A DNA stretch of 64,000 nt, taken from the NCBI GenBank assembly GCA_964187785.1, contig OZ076415.1, positions 48,980,001-49,044,000 on the forward strand. The letters run 5' to 3'. The DNA comes from Amphiscolops sp. MND2022 (taxonomy: Eukaryota). Below, one piece after another: positions 1 to 13,474 of this stretch. How positions within the stretch are numbered: the first letter of the stretch is position 1; each line of letters starts with the position of its first letter. The notes below the pieces were generated by a model. It was given only the letters and a program-made list of their open reading frames with translations, was not told where the DNA came from and searched no databases. Position numbers and translations under genes: made by a program.

Positions 1-118
1 AGATACATTTTACACTTGCTACACGACTATCTGAAACCGAACAAAAAAGTTGACGAGTCGCCGTAGAAGTCTGCTCTTTTTCTTCAAAAAACACAGAATA
101 AACGCGTGTTCAACACGA

Positions 119-920
119 CCCGTACTGGCAACCCACCGCAAACCACCGGTGGCCACCATTGGACCACCGGTGGAAAATTTTTCGAAAATTCTGAAACGGA
201 TTTTGAAAGTTCAAATCACGCGCTCGAGCGTTCTTGCTCTAAAATTTTTGCTTGTCATCATTTTTCAGTTGAAGTGAGTATTTTTTCTGGTTTGGGTTAA
301 TTTTTGAATCTTTCAGAGGGTTGCCTTAATGACCCGAGTAGCATTATGGAGACTTTTCGGCACCGGGTTTCCTGAAGCCGCTTGTAGGTAGGATGTTACG
401 AGTTTTAGATTAAATTGTTATGAATCTTAGATGAGAATATGGTCTTGATGGGGGGGATTTTGCTGTAGAATAGGATATAAAGAATACATATTAAATTATT
501 CTACCCTCCAGGTCCAGATTTGAAGGATCGCAGATCTAGAATCACTGTAGTTTGCTGAAATGGGGCCGAAAATCGTATTTCTGATAGATTATCTAAAAAC
601 ACTGTATTTTCATGGAATAAGATCTAACAACACAATATTTTCATGGAATAAGACCTGAAATCAATGTATTTTGGTGGAAAAGGGCTATAATGATTTTCCT
701 GATAGAATAGGATCTAAAACCATGTATTTTGATGGAATTGGTCCCAAAATTACACTGGAAGGATACCATTTTTGGGTTGTTACTGATTTATTACCAGTGG
801 AGCGATCGGTGGCCAGTGGTGTATTTATCAATTTCCACCGCTGACCACCGATGGAACATTCGGTGACCACCGGTGGAATTATCGGTTGACAACCAGTGGA
901 CCACCGGTGGCATCAAAATT
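119..920. mobile_element. Non-autonomous DNA element with CCACCGGTGG subterminal repeats (same family as 63042-63577); right end degraded
   Basis: Begins CCCGTACTGGCA at 119, cf. CCCGTACTGACA at 63042. CCACCGGTGG clusters at 135-175 and 785-910. No clean right terminal inverted repeat (TIR) or TSD found. Confidence 0.55.
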
Positions 921-961
921 TTGTTCCTCCAGAGGTGCCAAAGGACATCCTATTCACTATT

Positions 962-3900
962 TTAATTTATAGAAGAGCTCAAACACATGTTTCTGACTGA
1001 AAGGTCCCCCTGCCGTTTTTTCAGCACTCAGCGACTTTATCTGACAATTTTTTATTTCGACTAACAGGTCTACTCTTCAGTTGTTCTGTTATCAAAGCGC
1101 GTTTTCCGAGCCTAAAGACCCAAAACTTTGGATAATTCTCAAGATGCCACTTTTTTGAATAGTTTTCAATGTCACTAGAGGGTCTACCGTTCACGTTGTT
1201 GATGCTTTAATTATGGAGAGGTCTTTTGTCAGTCTGAGAGGTACCGTTATAGGGATTTTTTGTCATTTGACTTTTTCTATCCAAATAGCCTCCCCCTGCC
1301 CCATGTGGGGGTTTGTATCAAACACTGTCGAATTTCTGTATCTTTTCAAAATAAACCAGAAAAGTACCTTTTTCTGATCTAACGTCTATTTTGACGCAAA
1401 ATACGATATGTCCAAAAGTCAGACGTCACGTCCGAAACTTTTTGGATCTTACTAGAATGTAGACTGTAAATTGTACTGCTTATAACTAGTGCTATGTTAT
1501 TTTGTAGATCTTTCAAAATATACATAAGAAATTCTGAAGTCATAAGCTCAGCCGTCGTCAAGTTAACTCTTTTCTTTCAAGTTTTACCATAACTATTCAC
1601 TACGAAACTAAGTGACTGAAGGACTGAGATCTCAGATTTTCTATCTTTCTCTTCTTAAGTGAGAAGACTTCTAGAATAAAAAGTCATCAAATATCAGCAA
1701 TCAAATAATGAAGTGTTAACTTCCTTTTGGAGTGACATCTGTCAAGTTATTAGGCCAAGAGTTTAGATATATTTCAAGATTAAAACATACCTCAAGACAT
1801 GCATCGGGGCATCACAATCAACCGGGAATTTTTGAGAAACAAAAGATATCTGCACGTTTGGAGTGGTGTGTTTCAAAAGGTTTTGTTTCAGTTTAGGATG
1901 GTTTTAGAGTTTAATATTCTTGTTCCAAAGAGTATGCATGATACTTAAGAAGTGAGAACAACCTAGGACGGTTTAACTTCTTATGATTTTTTTACGGTTC
2001 ACTTTGGTGCAAAGTTTTTGAGGTCAGAGAGTTTGACTGACAGTTTCGTTCAATTTATTGTTTGACAACTTCTCTCTTTGAGCATGAAACATGTAAAAAG
2101 CCTTTCATCAGCCATTTTTAAATGAAGTTTTTCAAGTGAGTTTTCATGATTGAAAACTCTTTGGAGTTGACAAAGTATGACAAAGTTGTCGGAAAACGTT
2201 TCACAAAGTCTGTCGGAAAAACAACGATCATTTTTTGTGAAAGTATTGAAGTGTTCTGAAAGTTGTCGTTCCAGAAAAAGAAAACAATACAAGAATGTAT
2301 CAGGCGTAGTATAGGAAAAGCTTTGTACTAAGCACTATGCAAGGTATTAAGATACAAGATTACAATGGTACATAAGATACAAGCTTTTGCATAATACAAG
2401 ATTATTGTAGCACTAAATTGAAGATGGTTATAAGAATACATATAATTAGCATCAATACTATTGAAAATATGGGATTTTAGAGTACATATTGGTAGCATGA
2501 ATACTATGTGAAAAATGGGTTCTAATGGTAAATAAGATTATGATTAAAATAAGAGTTAGACTGAACGTTTAAAGTTAAAATAAGAGTTAGTCTGAAAGTT
2601 TAAAGTTTGGAACAGTTTTGACGGAATGATGATGAGAGATTGAGTGATGATTTGACGAGCTGTGAAGAAGTGAAGAGTGATGATTGGATGATCTGCGAAG
2701 AAGTGAAGAGTGATAACGTTGGAGAAGAGCAACGTTAAAGAAGTTGGAGTCGGCCAGTCACTGAAAAAGAGGTATGACGTGAGGAGGTCAAAAGTAGAAG
2801 AGTGACGTCGATCGCTGACTTGCTACATGATGTGGGCATCAAGAAGGAGTGCAAGAAGGAAATACATGAGTCGGATTGTGCGGCTCTACTTTTCAGGGGT
2901 AGCCGAATTGAAGCATTGTGGCGTTAAATGCGTCGCAAGCCTCTGTCATAGCATGATGAAAGTAGGTATCTTTGCTTTTGAATGAGGTGTTGATGACAAA
3001 ACGGAATTAAAGGCAGTTTGACAGACTGCAATTTCGGATCCATCCATGCGGATCCGAGAATATTGCTCAAAAGAAATAAATTTCTTCTTTTTTCGACAGA
3101 CGTTATAAAGCACTTTAAGGAATGCATTTTTCGTGGATGGAGTGAATTTGTAACTATTACTTTCTAATGACAGCTTGAACGCCATTGTGTGAAACATAGC
3201 GGCCTTGAGACTATTATCATTGGTAACTGGAAAGAAATGACTTTTTATGTTCTAGAGTTTCCATTGGAAGAAAACGGAAGAAAAGAGGCAAAGGGATAGA
3301 CTTGATAGAAGGGAGTGGAGTAAGTGGCTGAAGAAGATTGAGAAAGATTCCGGTGAAACGATGTGGTGGTCAATGTGATGTCGATGTAGAAAGTCAAAGA
3401 GGCAACAAAAAAGGAGTCGGAGAAAAAGAGTTTTTGAAACGAGAAGAATCTGATTACATTGAATCTTTCTGGAGCTTTTTTGTTGTGTAACATATGGTGC
3501 TATACGTTGGTTATATATTTCGAAGTGCTATATAGTTGAAAAAAGTCTGTAATGTATATGAGATCAAAGTTCAAAGGAACTGCAAGAATTTGAGAAATCA
3601 ATAAATTCGAAAGAACACTGAAAAAGAATGTGCCATAGTGTACCACAAGAAAAAGGACAAGGTGTTCCAAATAAATGTAATACTGTTACCTGTTGATTGG
3701 GTACAAAAATGTAGAAAGGTGCCAGAAAACCCGAGGTGTTCCAAAATTTTAAACTCTGTATTATCTGTAGAATGTTGATTGGTTATTTAGAGGACAAAAG
3801 AGTGTTCAATGCTTCGAGAGTAGCTTGGGTAGCTTGTGAGGATTGATTAATTATTTAAGAATCAAGATGGAGTGAATTTGTGGAACAAAAGGAAGAGAGT

Positions 3901-5934
3901 TGATAATTTTCGTGACCTGACCAAATGTACTGCTTTTAACTAGTGTTATGTTGTTTTGTAGATCTTTCAAAGTATACAAAGGAAAATCTTAAGTCATAAG
4001 CTAAGCCGTTGTCGAGTTAACTCTTTTCTTCCAAGTTTCACTAGAACTATTCCTATACGAAACTAAGTGACTGAAGGACTGAGATCTCAGATTTTCTTTC
4101 TTTCTCTTCCCAAGTGAGAAGGCTTCTAGAATACGAGAATCGAGTTATTTTTCTGATGGTTTAGTTACAATAATTACTTCCTTGATTATTAAGATTAGAT
4201 ATAACTCGAATCAGTCTAAGATGACAACAGTAAGATTAGATCTATAATGATATAGACATCAAATGTCAGCAATCTAATAATGAAGTAATAACTTCTAAAG
4301 AAAGTGACATCTGTCAAGGTATTAGGTGAAGAATTCAGATATTTTTCAAGATTATAAAAATACTTGAGGACATGCATTATGGCATCACAAAATGACTAGT
4401 CTGTGTCGAACATCTGTACCTTTTCAAATTGAACTATGATAATATGTTGTTAAAAACAGAATTAGAATTTTTCTGATGACATTATTCGCAAATTAAATTG
4501 TTTAGACGCTCAAATTGAACATGTTCCAAATTATTGTACCTTTTAAACAGAACGCTGTTTTCTGATAATTCGATATGGACGGACAACCAAAATTTTGACG
4601 TTTTTTCGATTTTGCTTCTGTCAAAGATATCTCAAAGGAATATTCCGTTTCCAAACTGTTTCCTGGAACACTATTTACAAATGGAATCGTTTTCAGATAT
4701 GTTCTAGGCCTTTTTAGTTGGGATTATTATGTTATTTTTTAAGTTCTAATTTTTGGGTGTAACGAATCCAAGCATTGTGGCATCAAATTCGTCGCAAGCG
4801 TCTGCCAGAGCATGATGAAAAACAGCATCTCTGCTTGTGAATGAGGTGTTGATTACGAAAACGGAATCAGAGGTAGTTTCACAGATTGCAATTTTGGGTA
4901 CACCCATGCGGATCCGAGAATACTGCTCAAAAGAAATAACTTTCTTCTTTATTCGACAGACGTTATAAAGCACTTTAAGGAAAGCAATTTTCGTGGATGG
5001 AGTGAATTTGTAACTATTACTTTCTAATGACAGCTTGAAGGCCATTGTGTGAAACATAGCGGCCTTGAGACTATTATAACTGGAAAGAAATGACTTTTTA
5101 TGTTCTAGAGTAGCCATTGGAAGAAAACGGAAGAAAAGAGGCAATTGGATAGTCCTGATAGAAGGAAGTGGAGTAAGTGGTTGAAGATTGAGAAAAATTC
5201 TGATTACACGATGTGGTTGTCTATGTGGTGGTCGGTGTAGTAAACAAAGGAGGCAACGAAGAAGGAGGCGGAGAAAGATGAGTTTCTGAAAAAGGAAGAA
5301 TCTGAATACAACGAATCCTTTTGGAGCTGTTTTTTTGCTGTTCACTATAAGGTGCTATATACTTGTTATATATTTTGAAGTGCTGTAAGGTTGAAAAAAA
5401 TTACATTTATAATGTATATGAGAACAAAATTCAAAGAATCCTGAAAGAGTTTTTTAAAAAACTTGGAAAAGATTGTGCTATAGTGTACCACAAGAAAAAA
5501 AGGACATTGTTCTAAAAGAAATGTACAATCGTTACCTGTAAATTGGGTACAAAAAGGTAGAAAAGTGTCAAAAAAACCAAAATGTTCGAAATTTGAGAAT
5601 TTCGTTTTACTTGTATAATGTTGATTAGTTATTTAGAAAAAAAGAGTGTTCAATGCTTCGAGAGCAGATTGGATAGCTTGTGAGGATTGATTAAATATTT
5701 GAGAGTCTAGGTTCAGCGATGAAAGGAGTTTTGAAGTTCGCTCATAAAAGTCTAGACGTCTAGTGAGAGTTGTGAGCGGTATGTCATTCGGTCTTTTGTA
5801 TGGCTGAGATTTTCTGTTATCTCTTTGATAACTATAATAGTCGGGCTCTTTTCACTAGAAAAGCGCCGACTAAAAACACCTGTCATACAAATTGAAGAAA
5901 GAAAACAGGCTTGTAAAAAACGCGAGACCGACAC
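962..5934 (-). pseudogene. Decayed array of intronless reading frames of unknown identity
   Basis: Long frames broken by scattered stops and frameshifts (e.g. 4746-5345, 2946-3197, 1379-1561 continuing to ~970). Peptides are conserved between duplicated copies. No recognisable TE or host motif. Confidence 0.4.
1468..5700. repeat. Diverged tandem duplication: 1468-1820 ~ 3924-4390 and 2925-3860 ~ 4786-5700
   Basis: Alignable by eye, e.g. TACGAAACTAAGTGACTGAAGGACTGAGATCTCAGATTTT at ~1600 and ~4057; GCCATTGTGTGAAACATAGCGGCCTTGAGACTATTAT at 3181 and 5041. Confidence 0.9.
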
Positions 5935-6329
5935 TGCGCTCAGAGAATGTTTTCATAGCCGTATTTACATTTCATTTGCGAGCATGCAGCAGTTCTCAGC
6001 GACTCGCTGAGTCGGGCTCCCTAGAATCCTAAGCCTGATTGATCTTTCCTGTCACTTTTGTGTGTTCTAACTAACGCTAATCGCAGTTATCATGTGATTT
6101 CCTTAAGTTACGACTTGATTTAAATTACCTAATTTGCTCACAACCTAGTTACTTTGTACTCTTCGACACTGTATAGCTACGCCTTTTAAAAGTTTCATTT
6201 GCAAAAAAACTCCAATAGCAATAACAACATCCAGCTGGATAGAAGTTCACGAGCTGACAATCAACCTGAGACAACAACACACACACACACACAACCCGCA
6301 CAACGAGTATGTGATACTGCAGCGATTAC

Positions 6330-8580
6330 CCCCAAGGGGCCTATGTTAAAGATCGTCTCAGCAAAAGTCCTAACTTAGCCACTAAGACCGGGATAGCTGC
6401 TCTTATAGCACAAATGGAGTCTAAATAACAACTCCCTACGCTAGCAGTCACCATCATCTCAAAATTTCCTGGTTTCGTGGATCGCTGACCTGTCAGAATA
6501 GCACATGGGAAAGGGACGACCTGACTCATACCTTCACATATGAGAGAGCAACAATCTCGTACGGTAGAACCAATATCCATCATGGAATAAGACCAACACC
6601 TCGACTGCAAATTGATCAACCGTTTCATCCAGACTCGAACACGGAGCCCACGGGCTCCTATGTTGTTCGTGTTTGTCCTTTTACCCGACGTAAGTAATCG
6701 TTCGTTGCAAGAGCAGATAGTAGTCGTGGCCCTTCAGCAGTAGTCAATTATCCCGGCTCCCATGACTTCATCCAGGCGGCACCGCCACAACTCCCGGGAC
6801 TACGTTCATTGATAGTGACGCGACTACTACCACTGAAACAAAATAAGAACCACCTTCAGAATTCACATACCAACGCAGCAGATCACCCGCATCACCTCCA
6901 CTGAATCCCATAAAGGGGAGGAGGTCAGACGTCCAGCGTCCAGAAAGGGAAATGGGATATCATTCTGCACCAATGTGAAACTCAGAGACACACGCGGTAC
7001 ACAGTCCCAGCAGCAAACCTCCCCGAACAAAGACCATTTCCGACGCAAGCAGGCACTGAGGGAAACAAAATGATGACACGCGAAACAAAAAAGATACATA
7101 TGGGAGGCTGCTCTTGATGATTCTTCAGACTGGCTTTATGACCAGCGAAGATGCCCTCAATCAGAAAACCACCAGCTCGGTCTTTATACCTTTAGGCCGC
7201 TATGAGGAAGTGACGTGACTCAAAACGTTCCTGCTCTGTGTGACGTGCTATTCTTATGCTACGCCTAGCAACAGACAACTACTTGGATGCGTTGGAATTC
7301 GATCTGAAAACAGTTTGTTGAGAGGTGTAATTTGGAAACAGGGGAAAATTTTGGGACTAACTACCAGTGCACGAAAGATCTGGAGTCCCTGTTGCCAATG
7401 ACAAGATAGTGGTTGCAGCAAGCGCTATTAGTTGTTGTGGATTCCACCATCGACACAAATTTGACAAAAGACAAGGTGATGGCAGACGTGAAGGTTGTCA
7501 CGATGCTGGGCCCTGGCTGGCTCCGCAAAAAAACAACCGCCTAAGCGAGTGAGCGAGTGTTAAACTGCAACGTGTTAATCCATATAGCGTGCAAAAATTG
7601 GCTAACGGAGACCTAGCGTAATACCCAAAAATACCCTACTTTCCATGTCCGGGACGACGGAAAGAGGCAGCTGTGGAACTGGTGTGTACAATGGAACAAA
7701 CACAAGAGATTTTGTAAAACAGTTTTAAAAATACCGTGATGTTCGTATCGCACCAGGGATCAGACTTTGGCACATTGAGGCAGATGTGTGCCAAGATCGT
7801 ACAGTGGATTTTGCCATCTGTGCTCCTATTATGCAAGTTTATAGTAACAACTTGAGGCCTAAATGGTTCTTTTACTTTGGGTTTATAGCATCAGTACCCG
7901 CAATTTGCAGTCGGTAGTTTACTGGCAACGCCCGGCTTACCGTAAAGGACGCTATAGACCAATAATTATAGGTTGAGAATCGCAGCTGTGACCTTAAATG
8001 AACACAATGATCGCGTCTTAGCTAAAGCCACGACGACTGAATGCATTGCTGTACGTCAACCAAACTGAATAGAGCGCGAGCGTTGACCAGAGACATCAGT
8101 CAGAATTAATTTCACCGACGCCATATGCGGGTGGTAGGGCATGGATTGCTTGGCACATATACGCCTAGCCGGGATGATGCATTGTCAGCAAGCTGGGGAG
8201 GGGGAAGAAGATGTGGCATTTCACCACTCGCGCACGCAAGGTGAACACTTTCTGCCTAATGCGCATTGTACCTCCATTAGAAAGACTTCGTTCCCTGCCC
8301 TGTACGCTCTGGGGAACACGCATCAGTACCGGGAAAGCATAAGGTACTGCATTCAAGCGCTCGGGGATGTGGTCCTGTTCTAACCATTGATTGCACACAG
8401 TGTGTTGACGGGCCAGTGCCATCTGTGTTGAAGACCCCCATACTGGAGGTCGCGGAGACTGAGGAAGAGCGAATTGAGAGCATGGGGATATCAGCTTGGA
8501 GGAGTAGGAATTGCAGTGAGGGAGCCGGGTTCACGAGGGCGAAGTAGGGCGAGAAAACGGTCCTAGTTTTCCAGAGTTAA
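6330..8580. other. Unidentified GC-richer, coding-like decayed block
   Basis: Visibly higher GC than the flanks. Long plus-strand frames with sparse stops (PQGAYVKDRLSKSPNLATKTGIAALIAQMESK...; MLRLATDNYLDALEFDLK...). No diagnostic motif recognised. Confidence 0.3.
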
Positions 8581-8934
8581 GGGTCGCTACGAAACATTAT
8601 AAACATAACACATTTCGTCCAAAGTACAAAAAACACGTACAAAAACACATTTCTTCCAAAGTATTTCACTTGATGTCGCTTTAGTTGGATAACTTTTAGT
8701 CTGCAAACAACCTCGAAGTATGTTTTCAAATTCTTGGAGAATAGTTTTGAAATTTACTATCTTAGAAATATGCAACAAACCGCCCAATTTGATTTTGCAT
8801 GGGAAAAATCAATGAAAAAATACATAACGAACAAAAATAGCATCAGTAGAGATACCAGAGAAGAAGGAGCAATCACAGATAAATAATTACAGGGTGTTTG
8901 ACTAAAATATGAGGATCTTGTTCATCAAAAGGTA

Positions 8935-11900
8935 GACTTTTCAAGATCCTTGTGAACAGGATGATTGTAAAACCCAGTAGACGTTTTCACTTTGAATACT
9001 GTCGCATCCACTCTAGACCTAACAGGGGCAACCTATGGTTCACTCTAGCGAACTGTGAGTTGTCTTGAACTGCTAAAACATGCAACATCAATAATCATTT
9101 AGTTCAATATATCTTTTATGGCTTTCACTCAGATTCTACGCGAGTCTCACCAGCAGAAAACCAATGTCTTTTCTCCCGATATTTGTAAGGTGGTCCGCCA
9201 TTCCAGAACTGAAGGGCGTCTACTTAGCAAGCTACGAACAAAGCTTTTGTGCATCCAACAGGAGGACATCAGCGGACACGTTTTAAGGTGGTCACCCACG
9301 AGCTGTGTGCTCGACTTGGCTTTATATCTGCTGCATTTCACTTCTTGTCTAACTTCACTAGTCTTTGGTATCCAGATTTGATCTGATCTGCGCCATCACA
9401 TAGTGGGGCCGTCGTGTAGTGTAGACAAATAAACCTCCTTAATCCCCAGATTAGCCAGTCTTCTTTCCGGTGCCATTCATCGCTGAGACTTCTCTTCGTC
9501 TGGTAAATTGGCATGAGCAGGACGTCTAGAAACACAAAGGACTCCCTGGAATAAACATGTGAAAAGGTTCAGGGTTTTGCTTGTTGAGTTTTTCCGTTGC
9601 ACGTTGCATCGTCTCCATGGTTTTTTTGGTCGGAATAAACATCTTTGGTTTTTGCCGTAATAGAATCTTTATCACTCACGTCAATTCGCAAGGTGAGTTG
9701 ATGCCTGATGATGTTTTGGTGCCTGGCTTGCGAACACGTTTTATGAATGATTTGACATACTCCAAAACCTGACAACCTTCGACAGAGAATTGAAAAGCGA
9801 AATGTCAAAGATGTCACTTGTGTATATGTTAACCTTAGTGGCTGCAAGGGGCACTACTGACATGGTTGGCAAAACGCATGTCAAGGATGTTTTCTTTGCC
9901 GCTCTTGGATTTATAATATGTCGCACCGGCTTTTTTGATTCATCTTCAGCGAGGTTTATTTTCAGCTTCGAGGGTAAAGTAGCATAACCAATTTGACCAT
10001 TTCCACCAAATTTCCAGATTCCTGAGTGCACTTGGCACAACAGCACGAGACGCTTCATCAGCTGAGTTTTATTCGAAGGGTGCGTTGTTTTTCGGCAACT
10101 CTGTTTGTCAGAAAACATGGAATCGCTCCAGCCCGGTGTAGATCGTATATGCGCATAAAATTGCCCAAGATCCTGGAGAACGGGATGCGAGAAGCACAGC
10201 GCATGTTTCCCAGAGAGCAGTAGATTGGGTTTCCAATGGAAAGATTTTGCATTTTGGCACCAGAAGGTTAGATATTTCTGTTCGCTTATTGGTTGGGACT
10301 ACACTACACTGGCTGCATATGCCTCCTCTGAGGCTTCACAAATGTCATGTACCTCGAATGGCTCTTGGTGTTCTTCGCTCAAAACAAGGGGTTGCAACTT
10401 GATTTCTTTCAAACGGTAAATGTTCGACCTCGTCCTGTAATTTACATCAGTTTCTGTTGACAATTCGTGATCCCAGTCGATATTGATTACCATGTTCTCC
10501 GCAACACACTGCTTAGTAGCATTGTCATTGTTGACAGCCAGCCCAGAGGGTCGAATGTTCTTGCGAGCGTTTGTCTTTTCGTCATTCCCCCGTCATTGAT
10601 TTCATCAATGAAGTGAGCCAAATCAAACAAAAGCAAATTATCAAAAGGGTTCCAAGTGACTCCCAACGTTTTTATGGTGTGAGTCGATTCAAGATACTTC
10701 ATGTGTTCTTCAGCTCTTTTGCTTCCAGTAATTCTGCGGGAAGTGCTCTAACAAGAGAGGGAACGTTGCTGGTTTATTTTCTAAGATCAAGATGATTTCG
10801 TTCAAGTGTCTGCATCAAGTCACTGGGAACTTGCTCGGCTTCTTCATTGTTACTGGTCACCGTCAGGATGTCGTCCAAAAAAGTCATTAAAGAATGCATT
10901 CCTGGCCATTTTTGGTACACCATCAGACTGGGTTGTTTCCCTCATGCACCTGATTGAGTGGTACGAAGATCTTGGTACATTGTATATCACACGTGTCAGG
11001 CGTTAAGTCTGTACAAGTTCGCCTTCATTGAAGTGCTTGAGGAGTAGCAAAAATCCTGTCTCTGGAGTCTAAACCACCTGCCTGTACAATTTGGCAACTT
11101 CGGCTGACAATGCAAACCTGACGAATCGGAGTCGTATCTGTATACGGAATAGGTTGCCTTCCAGCTTCGACCCGTTAAGCAGTCATTTTGTGAGAAAACT
11201 GTTGTTGGTTTGACACTAGCATCAAAAACAACCCGCAACTTCGTGGTTTTACTAGCGATTGTCAATCTTCAGTAGTGGTAGTGGTATGTAGTAGTTGTTT
11301 GCACTGTTCAATTTCTCATCAGGGACCTTCTCTAGGTACAATCGGGACACCTCTCTAAATTGTTATAAACTCGGAACACCTTTTTTAACAAGGATCTTTT
11401 TAACAAGTTGTCACGTTTGGATTGTTTTCGAGGTCAATGAATAGTCGCAAAGCAGAAGCTCGGCTCTGACGCATCGAGTGATTGTTTGCGTTGAAAGGCA
11501 ATATCACATAGAACCTTTCGTGTAGAATCGCTTGTGGTTAATGCGTTGAATTCTTCTTCCCGGCTAAAAAAGATCCACAGCCGCAATGCCCAGCCAAAAC
11601 GGACGTATCGTCTTGCTGACCTGCTAAACAGGCAAACCAATGGGTTATTGTAATGAAGTTGACACCATCGCTGTTGGCAGGTTGGACCCTCATGCAAAGC
11701 CATCCCAGACTTTTGGTCGCTGAAGTAGTGTGTGTTGCTTGGACTTGCACTCCATGCAAGAGGCTTTGAAAATCCGCCCAAGCTGCGCCCAGTTTGCAAA
11801 TAAATGAAACATGCATACTTCTTCTTAACAAAGTCGTACCACTGGGATTTTGTGTCTTTCCATAACTCTGGATATTCATGAGTTTTTCACGTCACATCAA

Positions 11901-12600
11901 CGTCACATTATTCACTACATGTCACTACAGCTGTGAAAGATTGATGCACACCTCACGTTGATCACACAACTTTTTGGCCTGGGGAAAAATTCTGATTGCA
12001 CGGCTGTATAGTTCCCTATTTTGTTCATCAAAGATCTTGAATAACTCATTCCAGAGATGGACCTTTTTGCTAGCATGGTCAAGCTGCCATTGATTCTGGG
12101 ACTCTGCATCGAACTTTACGACATTGCAGAAAACCAATGCAGCACTCCATTGCCTATCTAGCTGACACGGGGCTTTCATTGCTCTCAGATGCTCATTGTT
12201 TGTTTCGTGGAGTTTAAAGAGTCAGAGGCCACAATCAAGGACGACTGGAACCACATGGTTTCCAAGTGAGCATTCACAATGCTTCGTGTGATCAGCAGAA
12301 TAGGCTGAAGAGCCGAATTTTTCGCAGCGTAACCTTTTGCCCAGACCTTAAGGTAACTTAGTCTCTCGGAGTTCGATACATTTTTCAATGAGACCACTGC
12401 TACTTGGACGAGGTCACTGAATGATACCTAAATGGTGTAGGCTGCAGTGAAGGTTCGAACTTGGAGCTTTGGTAGACGCATGTGTCTTGTAGTAGACGCA
12501 CTCGGAGAGGACGATGCGCTTGTCGTAAGTCCGGCCTTCAACTTCGTCTTGATGTTATCAATTAGAGCACCGAGTTTAGCTATGGCAATGTTCATTCAAG
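8935..12600 (-). mobile_element. BEL/Pao LTR retrotransposon gag-pol, degenerate
   Basis: Gag LPKL..F (~12480); RT SKTTKLRVVFDASVK (10996-11265); IKTLGVTWNP...TKRQ..ARTFDPLGWLS (10487-10702); RNase H HDICEASEEAYAASVV (~10320); C-terminal VFKVKTSTGFYNHPVHK (~8960). Many stops and frameshifts; no LTRs found. Confidence 0.9.
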
Positions 12601-13474
12601 TCTCGTGGTCTGAAGATAATTTTTGTTCTTGTGACAACTTGGCATCGTCCTCAATTTTCAACTCGATCCATGCGTTCTTCTGGGGATTGTTTTGTTTCTT
12701 GTTCTGCAATGTATATATAAGAGCCTCTGTTTCAACCAGCTTCTCACTAATAACTGCGTGGTCTGCTACGAGGTCTCCTACACTCGTCTTATAATTTGTG
12801 AACGCCGCCTTGTGTCCTGATATCACACACGCTAAACTACGATAACTTTTTCTTCAGCTGTTTTTGGTATTTCGGCTATATCGGGATCGACAGTCCAATT
12901 GATTGCAATGATGGCCCTCTGAAGGATGCGAGAATGCGTTACTTGTAGCTTTGAAGCACACTCTGATAGTGACCACCAGACCAAGTACACAAAAAACTAT
13001 GGTCTTCTGCTGAGAGACTCCCATGAAAACCGAATAAAAGCTCTGAAAGTTTTTTAACCTGATCAATGAGTGCATTTGCATCTTTTTGCAGTTCAAGACT
13101 TTTTAGAGCTCTCATCATGTGCCACGTTTCTGACAATGAAAAGCCACATTTAGAATTGACGTACCAGTCAATCGACAAAAAAGAGACACGATTAGTTATA
13201 TTAGCATAATGCAACAGCACGCTCATTGGCTAACAAATATGCCGAAACCACTTCCGAATTTCATAGTCTGAAATGAATATGAGGTGGGAAACACCAAAAA
13301 AAACATTATTACCACTCAATGTAATGAACTGCAGCAACATGCCACGATGGCATTTCAGACCTGACAAGATGTCTGAATCAGGCACTTTTCAATATAAGAA
13401 AGTTCCTAAAAACTTGTGTATCCTCCCAGCTGAAAACTTGATAACTAAAATTTTTGGTGTCTGCAAAATAGGAG

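Noticed and set aside
6276-6292. (CA)n tract as a telomeric or functional repeat
   Set aside because: Short ordinary microsatellite.
7960-8230. Helitron/PIF1 helicase motifs (LNEHNDRVL, IRLAGMMHCQQAG)
   Set aside because: Only superficial resemblance; Walker A/B and the other helicase motifs are absent.
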